Source: Burkholderiales bacterium
GTDB lineage: Bacteria; Pseudomonadota; Gammaproteobacteria; Burkholderiales; SG8-41
NCBI GenBank assembly: GCA_019634975.1
Contig: JAHCAI010000012.1
Coordinates: forward strand, 7,004-71,003
Length of the DNA stretch: 64,000 nt
Reading direction: 5' to 3'
Below the pieces are notes generated by a model. The model saw only the letters and a program-made list of their open reading frames with translations. It made no database searches and had not been told where the DNA came from. Of the stretch, positions 9,492-18,354 are shown piece after piece. Every line of letters begins with the position of its first letter. The first letter of the stretch is position 1. Position numbers and translations under genes: made by a program.

Positions 9492-9990
9492 GAGAAGCCT
9501 CCCGGCGGCTGGCCGCGACCTCGAGTATGGCCTTGACGATGCCTGCATATCCGGTGCAACGGCACAGGTGGCCGGACAGCATTTCGCGCACCTGTTTCTC
9601 GTCGGGGCAGGGCGTGTGCCGCAGGAAAGCCTCGCAGGACATCAGGATGCCGGAGGTGCAAAAGCCGCACTGCAGGGCATGATGGCGACGAAACGCCTGC
9701 TGCAGGTCGTTAAGTCCGCCGGCCCCGTCATGCAGGCCCTCAACCGTGTCAACACGCGCGCCTTCCGCCTGCACGGCAAGCGTCAGGCAGGCCCGCGCCG
9801 GCTCGTCGTTGATCAGCACGGTGCAGGCTCCGCAGACGCCATGCTCACAACCGACATGGGTGCCGGTTGCGCCAAGCTGCTGCCGCAGGAAATCCGACAG
9901 CAGCATGCGCGGCTCGCACCAGCCCTGCCGTTCGCGTCCGTTCAGCGTGAATGCGACGGCATGCTTCTCTCCGGCGACATATCGTTTCAT
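9484..9990 (-). CDS. (2Fe-2S)-binding small subunit of a xanthine-oxidase-family molybdoenzyme (CoxS/HmfC-like)
   Basis: Cys motifs GCEHGVCGACTV and CGFCTSG...CRCTGY. ATG 9990 overlaps the stop of the FAD subunit (ATGA). The track ORF begins 6 nt earlier at a GTG. Confidence 0.9.
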   Translation of the reverse strand: MKRYVAGEKHAVAFTLNGRERQGWCEPRMLLSDFLRQQLGATGTHVGCEHGVCGACTVLINDEPARACLTLAVQAEGARVDTVEGLHDGAGGLNDLQQAFRRHHALQCGFCTSGILMSCEAFLRHTPCPDEKQVREMLSGHLCRCTGYAGIVKAILEVAASRREASHA

Positions 9991-10802
9991 GCGCACAATA
10001 CCCCTATCAGCTCACGGCCCAGACGCCGCACCAGCTGGCGGCGCTGGCGCGCGCTGGCATGCGGGTCATTGCGCGCGTCGAGCGACCAGGCCAGTTCGTT
10101 GAGCCCGTCATCAAGCGCGGATCCGGAAAGCCGCGGCCATTCCACCACTCGTGGACGATCATCGACGCCGCCCACTGCAAGCCGGATGCGCGCGGGTGTC
10201 ACGCTGGCGGCAAGGGCAACGACCGCGAAATCGCCATGCCGCAGCGAAAATTCCGAGAAACCCTGGCGCTCTCCCTGCCCTGCCAGGGGAAAGCGCACCG
10301 CCTCGACCAGCTCGTCGGCACGACGCGCTGTGGCCAGCATGCCGGTAAAAAAGGCACCAGCCCCGAGCTCGCGGCGCCCCTTGCGCGAGCGCAGGCTCAC
10401 GCTGCCGTTGAGGGCGGCGAGCACCAGCGGCAATTCGGCACTGGGTTCGGCATGCGCGATTGAACCGCAAACCGTCCCGCGGCTGCGCACCTGGAAATGC
10501 GAGATATGCGGCAGTGCCCGCGCCAGCAGCGGTGATTCCGCCTGCAGAGTGCCCCGGCGCTCAAGCGCCGCCTGGGTGACCGCCGCACCGACTTCGAGCG
10601 CGCCGCCGGCGCTGATGCGGTCGAGTCCGGCGCAGCGCGTGATGTCGATCAGCACCCGCGGCTGAGCCAGCCTCATGTTAAGCATGGGCAGCAGCGACTG
10701 GCCGCCGGCGAGCACGCGCGCATCCTCACCGTACTTAGCCAGCAACTCCACCGCCTCGTCGACGGTATCCACGCGCAGGTAATCGAAGACCGGTGGTTTC
10801 AC
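9987..10802 (-). CDS. FAD-binding medium subunit of a xanthine-oxidase-family molybdoenzyme (CoxM/HmfB-like)
   Basis: Track ORF is 9987..11075. I start it at GTG 10802 (VKPPVFDYLRVDTVDEAVELL...), which overlaps the large-subunit stop as GTGA. GGQSLLPMLNMRL is the FAD-binding (PCMH-type) signature. Confidence 0.85.
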   Translation of the reverse strand: MKPPVFDYLRVDTVDEAVELLAKYGEDARVLAGGQSLLPMLNMRLAQPRVLIDITRCAGLDRISAGGALEVGAAVTQAALERRGTLQAESPLLARALPHISHFQVRSRGTVCGSIAHAEPSAELPLVLAALNGSVSLRSRKGRRELGAGAFFTGMLATARRADELVEAVRFPLAGQGERQGFSEFSLRHGDFAVVALAASVTPARIRLAVGGVDDRPRVVEWPRLSGSALDDGLNELAWSLDARNDPHASARQRRQLVRRLGRELIGVLCA

Positions 10803-13768
10803 GCACCACCCCCCGTCCGCCCCGTCCATCTGCGCCACCAGGGCGCGCGCTCCGGGGCTGGTGCCTGCAGCAGCACTGCGAGGCGGTCGAATATCCCGGC
10901 GATGACGCCCCGCGCCGCGCCTTCGAGCATGCGCGACCCGACAGCGGCGATCTTGCCGGTGACTTCGGTGCGGTAATCGTAACTGAGCCGCGTGCCCGCG
11001 CCGGCCGCCTCCAGCCGCACCGTTCCCTTGCCGTGCGCTGCCCCGAGCATGCTCTCGCCGCGCCCTTCGAGGCACAGCACATGCGGCGGCTGGAGCGCGG
11101 AGAGCGCGATCTCGGCGGTATAACGCGCCTTGACCGGCCCCACGCCCAGCACGACTTCCGCGCGGTAACGATCCGGGGCTATGCCCTGCAGTCCGCTGCA
11201 GCCCGGAATGATCCGGGCAAGCGACTGTGGATCGGTCAGCGCGGCAAACACGGCTTCCGGCGACGCGGCGATGGTCACGCTGCCTTCCGCCGCAAGCACG
11301 TTGGTCCCGGCTGCGGGATGCGGCTGCCGCAACCCGGCAGGCGGCGGCGGTTCGGCCTCACCGAGCAGCTCGAGTACCCGTTGCGGCGTCAGCGGCAGAG
11401 TCACGTCGCGCACGCCCAGCGCATCGGCCACTGCATTGGCAATGGCCGCCGGCGTGCTCATGTTGTTGCCCTCGCCTATGCCTTTCGCGCCCAGCGGGGT
11501 GAGGGGCGAAGGCGATTCCATGTGAAGAATGACCGGATCGGGTGTTTCGCAGGCCGTCGGCACCAGATAGTCGACCAGCGTACCCGCAAGAAAGGCGCCA
11601 TCCGTGCTGTAGGCGAATTCCTCGTACAAGGCGGCGCCCAAGCCCTGCGCGAAGCCGCCGCGGATCTGCCCCTCGGCCAGCATGGGGTTGAGCAGGCGTC
11701 CGGCGTCGTGGGCGCTGACATAACGATCGATGCGCACGCGCCCGGTATCGCGATCGACTTCAACCGCGCAAAGGTCAAACACGAAGCCGTAGGCCGCAGA
11801 CGGGTTGATGCGGTCCCCGTCGTCCGGCGCCGCCAGCGATTCCGGGCTCCAGAAAGCGGTTTCGCGCAGCGCCGGTGTTTCACCTGCCCGCAACTGCGCT
11901 GGCGACCAGTGGAAAACCCCGGCGACGCGGCGGAAGGACAGGGCGCGCTGCGGTTCCCCCCGCGGAAAAATCCTCCCGTTCGCGAACACCAGTTCCGCCT
12001 GCGGGGCACCCAGCTCGCGCGCGGCGCAGCCGGCGATGCGCGCCCGGATACGTCCTGCCGCGAGGAATGCCGCGCCGGCGACAGCGCCGGCGAAGCGGCT
12101 CGAATAGTTTCCCGAGGCAACGGTCCAGGCATCCTTCTGTGTATCCAGCTCCAGGTTGACGGTGATGTCGTCCGGCGCCAGGCCCAGTGTCTCGGCAACG
12201 ATCTGCGCCAGCACCGTGGCATGCCCCTGGCCGGCGGGCGTCGAGGCGGCAATCACCGACACGGCGCCCAGCGGATCGACGCCGACGGTTGCCGTTGCGA
12301 TCGCCCCGCTCTTTGGCCCCGCACGCGCGCGTTCCGCGGCGGTCAACGCGGTGCTGACATAGCCCATGTTCGATATCGACGGCTCGACGACCGCAGCGCA
12401 TCCGATGCCGTAGAGCCTGCCCTCGGCGCGCGCCTTTTGCCGGCGGGTCCGGAGCTCCTCCCAACCGCCCTGCGCGCAGGCCAGCGACATCGCCGCGGCA
12501 TAATCGCCCGAGTCATAAAGGGCGCCCGCCGCGGCACGGTACGGAAATGTGCGCACGAAGTTGCGCCGGTACAGCTCGGGCAGGTCCATGCCCAGCTCGG
12601 CGGCGATGCGCTGCATCAGCCGTTCCAGCGCGAAATAGACCTGCGGTCCTCCAAACCCCCGCACCAGGCCGGTGGGCGTTTTGTTGGTCAGCACGCTGCG
12701 GTTGCGCACGGCAAGGTTCGCAATGGCGTACGCGCCGGTCAATGCGCCATGCATGCGGTACAGCGTCGCGGGTTCTGGCGCGCGCAGATAGGCGCCGCAT
12801 TCGTCGATCTGATCGTAATCCAGCGCGGTGATGCGTCCGTCAGCCGCCACCGCCGCCTCCAGTCTCGTTTGCCGCGCGGTTGCCGAAGTGGCGGCAGCCA
12901 GATGCTCGAGGCGATCCTCCGTCCATTTCACCGGCGCCCGCGCCTTGCGCGCGGCGAGGCAGACCGCGACGATGTACGGAAACAGGGACTGCTTGACGCC
13001 GAAACTTCCGCCGGAGTCTCGCGGGCTTCGATGGCGCAACCGCGTGCCCGGCACACCCAGCGCCAGCGCCATCACCGCATGCAGCGAAAACGGACCCATG
13101 AAATTCGACAGCACGTCATAGGATCCGTCTTGCTCGGCATATTCGGCCACCACCACCCCGCATTCGACCGGCGTGCAGGAATTGCGCGGATAGCTGATGT
13201 CGATGCCGATCCGGTGTGCGGCCGCAGCGAATGCCGCTTCCGGCTCGCCGTAGCGGAAGCTGCGCTCGGCGACGATATTGCTTCCCACCTTCCCGTGCAG
13301 CACCGGCGCACCGGCTGCAATCGCGTCCCCAATCGAAACCACATGCGGCAGTGTTTCGTAACGCACCCTGATCAGCTCCAGGGCGTCTTCCGCGACGTAA
13401 CGGCTGTCGGCAACGACCAGCGCAAGCGGCTCGCCGACATACCGCACCCGGTCCACGGCAAGGCACCAGTGCTCCATCGGCTGTTTGACGCCGACCACGA
13501 AGGGGGAACTCCAGCGCAGGACATCCTCGCCCGTCAACACGGCATGCACGCCCGGCAAGGCCAGCGCCTCCCGTGCATCGACTTCCAGCAGACGGGCATG
13601 GGGATGCGGCGAGCGCAGAAAAGCACAGTGCAATGTTCCTTCCCTGCAGGCGACGTCGTCCGCATACCGGCCCGCGCCGCGCAAAAGCGCGGCGTCCTCG
13701 ACGCGTTCCAGCGGCTGGCCGATGTGCCCCGCGGGCGGCGGCCGGAAATCGGTATCGGAGGCTTGCAT
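10799..13768 (-). CDS. molybdopterin-binding large subunit of a xanthine-oxidase-family dehydrogenase (CoxL/HmfA-like) with a C-terminal CoxG/SRPBCC domain fusion
   Basis: Start at ATG 13768 (MQASDTDFRPPPAGHIGQPLERVEDAALLRGAGRYADD...). Aldehyde-oxidase/xanthine-dehydrogenase a/b-hammerhead and Mo-binding regions are present. The last ~160 aa (VTIAASPEAVFAALTDPQSLARIIPGC...GPVKARYTAE...) look like CoxG. Confidence 0.85.
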   Translation of the reverse strand: MQASDTDFRPPPAGHIGQPLERVEDAALLRGAGRYADDVACREGTLHCAFLRSPHPHARLLEVDAREALALPGVHAVLTGEDVLRWSSPFVVGVKQPMEHWCLAVDRVRYVGEPLALVVADSRYVAEDALELIRVRYETLPHVVSIGDAIAAGAPVLHGKVGSNIVAERSFRYGEPEAAFAAAAHRIGIDISYPRNSCTPVECGVVVAEYAEQDGSYDVLSNFMGPFSLHAVMALALGVPGTRLRHRSPRDSGGSFGVKQSLFPYIVAVCLAARKARAPVKWTEDRLEHLAAATSATARQTRLEAAVAADGRITALDYDQIDECGAYLRAPEPATLYRMHGALTGAYAIANLAVRNRSVLTNKTPTGLVRGFGGPQVYFALERLMQRIAAELGMDLPELYRRNFVRTFPYRAAAGALYDSGDYAAAMSLACAQGGWEELRTRRQKARAEGRLYGIGCAAVVEPSISNMGYVSTALTAAERARAGPKSGAIATATVGVDPLGAVSVIAASTPAGQGHATVLAQIVAETLGLAPDDITVNLELDTQKDAWTVASGNYSSRFAGAVAGAAFLAAGRIRARIAGCAARELGAPQAELVFANGRIFPRGEPQRALSFRRVAGVFHWSPAQLRAGETPALRETAFWSPESLAAPDDGDRINPSAAYGFVFDLCAVEVDRDTGRVRIDRYVSAHDAGRLLNPMLAEGQIRGGFAQGLGAALYEEFAYSTDGAFLAGTLVDYLVPTACETPDPVILHMESPSPLTPLGAKGIGEGNNMSTPAAIANAVADALGVRDVTLPLTPQRVLELLGEAEPPPPAGLRQPHPAAGTNVLAAEGSVTIAASPEAVFAALTDPQSLARIIPGCSGLQGIAPDRYRAEVVLGVGPVKARYTAEIALSALQPPHVLCLEGRGESMLGAAHGKGTVRLEAAGAGTRLSYDYRTEVTGKIAAVGSRMLEGAARGVIAGIFDRLAVLLQAPAPERAPWWRRWTGRTGGGA

Positions 13769-13882
13769 GAGTGAACCGGCGGAATGACTTTCCGATTTTA
13801 GGCACATCCCCGGCGCCACGGATGCCCCGGAATTACCCTGCAGTCGGATTTTTGCTCGGCGCCGACCGCCCCGCCGCCGCAA

Positions 13883-14758
13883 TCAGCGCGAAATCCGGCT
13901 GCGGGATGCGGATGCGCCGCCGTTGACCGCCTGGCGATAGGCGCGGGGGGTGACCCCGATATGGCCGACAAAGAACCGGGTGAAGTGACCCGGCGCCGAG
14001 AAACCGAGACCTTCCGCCACGCTCGCCACCGGATCGGAGGAACAGTCCAGCCGGTCGAACGCGACTTCCATGCGCAATTCATTGCTGTAAATCACCGGCG
14101 TGATGCTGGTCGTGCGGCGGAACAGCTCGAAAAAATGCGCGCGTGACAGCCCGCAACGCGCCGCGACCGCGCCCATGTCCATGCCTGCACCGACGTTTTG
14201 CTGCATGATCGCCATGGCGCGCCGGATGCGCCCGTCCCCGGGCGCCCGCGCGGCGGCGATCCGGACACCGGGGCAGGGCGCGCGCGTTGCCGGATAAAAC
14301 GGGGCAATCACCGCAATCATCAGCTCGGCGAGCCGGTTCTCGAGGCGCGCATCGACGTCCACGATCCCCTCGCGCAGGCAACCGGCCAGATCCAGCGCCA
14401 GGCGCAGCGCCCGCGGTGTCAGCGCGATGACCGGCCGCGTGAACAGCCGCGTTCCGTGGCAGCTGCCCGGCATTGCCGCCTCCAGCCATACCGGCTCGAT
14501 GTAGAGGGCGAGGATTTCGGTCGTGGCCGCGGCATGAGGCTGATGCATGTAGGCATGCGGTTCCCAGGCATTGACCAGAACGGCTTGGCTGTCAGTCAGC
14601 GGGCAGGGGGCGCCCTGCACCTGGAACAGCGCATCGGCGCCGCCGGCCTTGATCAGCGCATGGCAATGATGATGCGCATGAGTCACCAGCGGCGCATTCA
14701 TGTCGAGCAGGGCCGCCCGGCCGAACGGGCCTTTGACAAACCTGATCACCCTGGACAT
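13883..14758 (-). CDS. AraC-family transcriptional regulator
   Basis: C-terminal double HTH (GLSRAHFFELFRRTTSITPVIYSNELRMEVA...GFSAPGHFTRFFVGHIGVTPRAYR). Sits directly upstream of the Mo-enzyme operon. Confidence 0.85.
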   Translation of the reverse strand: MSRVIRFVKGPFGRAALLDMNAPLVTHAHHHCHALIKAGGADALFQVQGAPCPLTDSQAVLVNAWEPHAYMHQPHAAATTEILALYIEPVWLEAAMPGSCHGTRLFTRPVIALTPRALRLALDLAGCLREGIVDVDARLENRLAELMIAVIAPFYPATRAPCPGVRIAAARAPGDGRIRRAMAIMQQNVGAGMDMGAVAARCGLSRAHFFELFRRTTSITPVIYSNELRMEVAFDRLDCSSDPVASVAEGLGFSAPGHFTRFFVGHIGVTPRAYRQAVNGGASASRSRISR

Positions 14759-14807
14759 GGTTTCGGTTCAGGCCGCTGGCGGCGCGCCGCGGGCCCGGTA
14801 ACCCCGC

Positions 14808-15449
14808 TCAGATGCTGATTTCTTCATCGATGAACATCTGGTAAGTCTGCCGCTTGGGCTTGTCCTGGTCTTCGGGCAGCACATAGCGGATGGAGCTTTT
14901 TCCGGCAAGTTCCGCCGGCAGTATCATCACGCGGGCGAACGAAGTCGCGACGCTCGCGGAGGCAATCGCCAGCACCGGGTCGGATCCCGCCTCGAACCAG
15001 GGTTCGCCCGGCTTGATGTCATGCGTACTGCCATTGACTTCGACCTTGAGGCTTCCGGCAAGCAGGCAGCGGATACCGGGGCCGCGGTGGGTGTGGGTGT
15101 AGGCAATGCCGCCGGGGGGAAAGTCGACGCGGTCACAGCGCAGCAGGTATCGCCCGGAGGAATCCAGCACCAGCGGTGCCGCAAGCAACACCTGCCCCGG
15201 CGCCGGGGCTTCCGCGGCCCGTCGCAGTTCCCATCGATAGATCTCCGCGCCGGCCGGCCCCGCAATCGCCTTGCAGGCCGCGCGCGAATGCCAGGCATCG
15301 TTGACCGCAAGCGCGACCGCGTGATCTGTCGAAACCAGGCGCAGGCTGCCGGAACGCAGATACAGCGCGCGATTGCAACCCGCGGGCAATTCCAGGTCCT
15401 GTCCCTGCGCCAACTGGTCGCGGTAAAAACGAAGCTCGTGTGTTGTCAT
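14808..15449 (-). CDS. cupin-domain protein
   Basis: 213 aa. Beta-rich, with FPPGGIAYTHTHRGPGIRCLLAGSLKVEVNG, a cupin metal-site-like motif. Confidence 0.55.
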   Translation of the reverse strand: MTTHELRFYRDQLAQGQDLELPAGCNRALYLRSGSLRLVSTDHAVALAVNDAWHSRAACKAIAGPAGAEIYRWELRRAAEAPAPGQVLLAAPLVLDSSGRYLLRCDRVDFPPGGIAYTHTHRGPGIRCLLAGSLKVEVNGSTHDIKPGEPWFEAGSDPVLAIASASVATSFARVMILPAELAGKSSIRYVLPEDQDKPKRQTYQMFIDEEISI

Positions 15450-15462
15450 AATTTATCAATTA

Positions 15463-15475
15463 AATCAATATGTTA
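15463..15475 (+). promoter_or_regulatory. IHF-consensus-like site (AATCAATATGTTA) in AT-rich spacer
   Basis: Matches WATCAANNNNTTR. Part of a recurrent AT-rich motif (see findings). Confidence 0.3.
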
Positions 15476-15532
15476 TGAAATATTCCGGATTTCACGCCTG
15501 AACAGCCCATGACCGAATTTACAACAAGCCGC

Positions 15533-16258
15533 TCAGCGGGTCGCCCCCGCGCGGGCCGCCGCCAGCCGCGACAGGCAGAAATGCGTGAACGCAAGCCCGC
15601 CCAGCACCGGCATCAGCAAATTGACCACCGGCACGTACAGCAGCAGCGACACCAGGACGCCGAGCAGGAACAAGTCGCCCCGCGAGCGGCCCACGAGGTC
15701 GGCATATTCCTCCCGGCTGGCATGCTCCGCCAGCGCGTCATAGCGCAGCAGGCGCTGGGCAAGCCAGGCCGAGGTCAGCAGCGGCGCCAGCACCGCGCCG
15801 ATGCCGGTCAGCCACAGCGGCAAAGTGAATATCCACAGCAGCGCGAACACCGCGATGCCGCCGGCGGCGTTGAGCAGGCTGCCGGCCAGCGTGCCGCCGG
15901 CCGCACGCGCGAGCTGCGGATGGTGGCGCTCGGCGACAAAGCGGACGATCACCGGCATCGCGAAGGTTTCGGTGATCAGCAGCGCGGTGACATAGATCGC
16001 CGGCAGCAAGCCCACCAGCACGACAAAAGCCGCCGTGTAGTCGATCACCCACAGCGCGCTCCAGCCCTGCAGCCAGCCGGCAACGGTGGTCGAGGCCATC
16101 GCGGCGGCAATGCCGCCGGTCCAGCTGTCCCAGAACAGCCAGGCGAGCAGGGTCCACAGCAGCACGCTGCCGAGCATCGGCAGGAACACGATGGCGATGA
16201 TGCGCGGGTCAAACAGGTTGCGCACGGCGCGGGTGATCGCGGTGATGACGTCCTGCAT
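15533..16258 (-). CDS. EI24/CysZ-like (etoposide-induced 2.4 family) integral membrane protein
   Basis: 241 aa with 4-6 TM helices. General resemblance to the EI24/CysZ-like family. Family call is from memory. Confidence 0.55.
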   Translation of the reverse strand: MQDVITAITRAVRNLFDPRIIAIVFLPMLGSVLLWTLLAWLFWDSWTGGIAAAMASTTVAGWLQGWSALWVIDYTAAFVVLVGLLPAIYVTALLITETFAMPVIVRFVAERHHPQLARAAGGTLAGSLLNAAGGIAVFALLWIFTLPLWLTGIGAVLAPLLTSAWLAQRLLRYDALAEHASREEYADLVGRSRGDLFLLGVLVSLLLYVPVVNLLMPVLGGLAFTHFCLSRLAAARAGATR

Positions 16259-16346
16259 CAGCGGAAACTCCGGAGCATGAGGCCTCTGTGGCCTGAGAGA
16301 GACCTATTGTAAACGCCGCTGCGGCTGCGACCGACAGCAGGATACA

Positions 16347-17993
16347 ATGCCCGCCATGCCCGCAGGACAGATCCGCAAACGCACCGCTGCACTGACGCGC
16401 ACGCCGGCCTGGCGCGCGCTGACGGCGCACCACAAGGCCTGGCGGGACCGCCACCTGCGCGAGCTGTTCGCCGCCGACCCGCAGCGTTTCGAACGTTTCT
16501 CCGCCGAAGCCTGCGGCCTGCTGCTCGATTACTCGAAATGCCTGGTCGTTCCGGAGACCATGGACCTGCTGCTGGCGCTGGCCCGCGAGCGCGACCTCGA
16601 GCCGCGGATCGCGGAACTGCTCGCCGGCAAACGCGTCAATTTCACCGAAAAACGCGCGGCCTGGCATACCGCGCTGAGGGCCGGCGAAGCCGCGCCGCAC
16701 GAAGTGCGCCGCACACTCGAATCGATGCGTGCATTCGCCGGCGCGCTGCGCAAGGGTGCGCTGAAGGGCGCGGGCGGGCGGCCCATCACCGGGGTCATCA
16801 GCCTCGGCATCGGCGGCTCGGCGCTGGGTCCGGCACTGGCGGCAAACGCCTGCGCCGCGGACGACGGAGGGATACGCGTGCATTTCGTGGCCACGCCCGG
16901 CGAACCGCTGGCGCGGACTCTGGCGGCGCTGGATCCGCAGGCGACGCTGGTCATCATCCAGTCCAAGAGTTTCTCCACGCAGGAAACCCTGCTCAATGCA
17001 CGTGCCGCCCGCGCCTGGCTCGAAGCCGGGGGCGCGGCCACGGAGCGCGGCACACACCTCGCCGCAGTGACCGCGAACCCGGCCGCGGCGCGAGGGTTCG
17101 GCGTCGCGCCGGAACGCATTTTCCCGATGTGGGACTGGGTCGGCGGCCGCTATTCGCTGTGGTCGGCGGTCGGCCTGCCGGCAATGATCGCGATGGGCGC
17201 GGATCGTTTCGACGATCTGCTCGCCGGCGCGTCAAGCATGGACACGCATTTTGCAAAGGCACCGCTGGAGCGCAACCTGCCGGTGCTGTCGGCGCTGACC
17301 GGCCTCTGGCATTCCGACTTCCATGCGATGGATACGCGTGCAGTCATTCCCTATGGATCCGGACTGGAGCTGCTGCCGGCCTGGCTGCAGCAGCTCGAAA
17401 TGGAAAGCCTGGGCAAGGGCGTCAACCGCAGAGGCCAGCCGCTGCGCCACGACAGCGGCGCGGTGCTGTGGGGCGGTGCCGGCACCGAAGGCCAGCACGC
17501 CTATTTCCAGATGCTGCACCAGGGCACGCGCCCGGTGCCGGTCGATTTCATCGCCTGCCGCAAACCGCGCGCAGGCACCGACGACGACACCCATACGGTG
17601 ATGCTGGCCAACTGCCTTGCACAGTCTGCGCTGCTGATGCAGGGGGTCACCGCGGCGGAAACGGAACAGGCCCTGCTGCGGCAGGGAGTGCCCGCGCGCG
17701 AAGCCGTGCGCCTTGCCCCGCACCAGGCCCTGCCCGGCAACCGTCCGAGCAGCACCCTGCTGCTGGACGCGCTGACGCCGCACAGCCTCGGCGCGCTGCT
17801 CGCGCTCTACGAGCATCGAACCTTCGTGCAAAGCGCGATCTGGGACATCAATGCCTTTGACCAGTGGGGCGTCGAGCACGGCAAACGCCTGGCCGACAGC
17901 CTGCTGCCCGAATTCTCGTCAGCCGCGCCGGCAACGGCGCATGACGCATCGACCAACGGGCTGGTGAATTACGTTAAAACGAAAAAACCTTGA
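16347..17993 (+). CDS. pgi: glucose-6-phosphate isomerase
   Basis: 548 aa. TPAWRALTAHH...DPQRFERFS...LLDYSK at the N-terminus. GIGGSALGP, SKSFSTQETL and GQHAYFQMLHQG motifs. Confidence 0.92.
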   Translation: MPAMPAGQIRKRTAALTRTPAWRALTAHHKAWRDRHLRELFAADPQRFERFSAEACGLLLDYSKCLVVPETMDLLLALARERDLEPRIAELLAGKRVNFTEKRAAWHTALRAGEAAPHEVRRTLESMRAFAGALRKGALKGAGGRPITGVISLGIGGSALGPALAANACAADDGGIRVHFVATPGEPLARTLAALDPQATLVIIQSKSFSTQETLLNARAARAWLEAGGAATERGTHLAAVTANPAAARGFGVAPERIFPMWDWVGGRYSLWSAVGLPAMIAMGADRFDDLLAGASSMDTHFAKAPLERNLPVLSALTGLWHSDFHAMDTRAVIPYGSGLELLPAWLQQLEMESLGKGVNRRGQPLRHDSGAVLWGGAGTEGQHAYFQMLHQGTRPVPVDFIACRKPRAGTDDDTHTVMLANCLAQSALLMQGVTAAETEQALLRQGVPAREAVRLAPHQALPGNRPSSTLLLDALTPHSLGALLALYEHRTFVQSAIWDINAFDQWGVEHGKRLADSLLPEFSSAAPATAHDASTNGLVNYVKTKKP

Positions 17994-18004
17994 ACCCTTT
18001 GGCC

Positions 18005-18110
18005 ACAGGGGTCACAGAGAGCACGGAGGAACTCAAAACCCGAGAACTGCCCTGGCCCTGGTTTTTCTCTGTGCACCCCTCAAGGGGGTAGCGAGATCCT
18101 CTGTGGCTGA
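18005..18110. repeat. REP-like imperfect palindromic element downstream of pgi
   Basis: ggccacagggg (18009-18019) and cctctgtggct (18098-18108) are imperfect inverted repeats flanking cacagagagcacggagga / tctctgtgcac strings. A related ggcctctgtggcc occurs at about 16281-16293. Confidence 0.3.
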
Positions 18111-18137
18111 ATGCTTTTGACCTTAAAGGAGCGCACC

Positions 18138-18344
18138 ATGAACGACGAAGCCCTCAACATGAGCATCCGCAAGTTCCTGAAGACGGTCGGCGTCAATTCC
18201 CAGCTCGCCATCGAGAAGGCGGTGCGCAAGGCGATCGAGGACGGCAAGCTGAAGGGCAGCGAGTCGCTGCCGGTGGTGATGACGCTCAGCGTCGGCGCGC
18301 TGGCGCTGGAAGTGAAGTTCGACGGCGACCTGAAACTGGACTGA
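18138..18344 (+). CDS. small conserved protein (DUF6494-like)
   Basis: Start at ATG 18138 preceded by AAGGAG. MNDEALNMSIRKFLKTVGVNSQLAIEKAV... The family name is recalled, not verified. Confidence 0.5.
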   Translation: MNDEALNMSIRKFLKTVGVNSQLAIEKAVRKAIEDGKLKGSESLPVVMTLSVGALALEVKFDGDLKLD

Positions 18345-18354
18345 ACGGGCGCGC

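Noticed and set aside
9484-13768. Interpretation of the L-M-S molybdoenzyme as aerobic CO dehydrogenase or 4-hydroxybenzoyl-CoA reductase
   Set aside because: The genes are embedded between a CoA ligase/crotonase and an AraC regulator rather than coxDEF-type accessory genes. The order is L-M-S, not the M-S-L or gamma-alpha-beta orders I recall for those enzymes. The medium subunit (271 aa) has no room for the extra Fe-S loop of HcrB. This remains formally untested without alignments.
10793-13774. 993-aa plus-strand ORF, and similar giants at 24047-27127, 47050-49074, 18548-20560, 58885-60687 and 51117-53183
   Set aside because: They run antisense or out of frame to genes with unmistakable family motifs (CoxL-like, patatin/ybaK/NUDIX, nrdA, M48 peptidase, HdrD-like, pilS). 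They are Arg/Ala/Gly/Pro-rich with no motifs. Long open antisense frames are expected at about 65-70% GC. Only the terminal pieces of 24047-27127 (small secreted protein) and 18548-20560 (PCD) are real.
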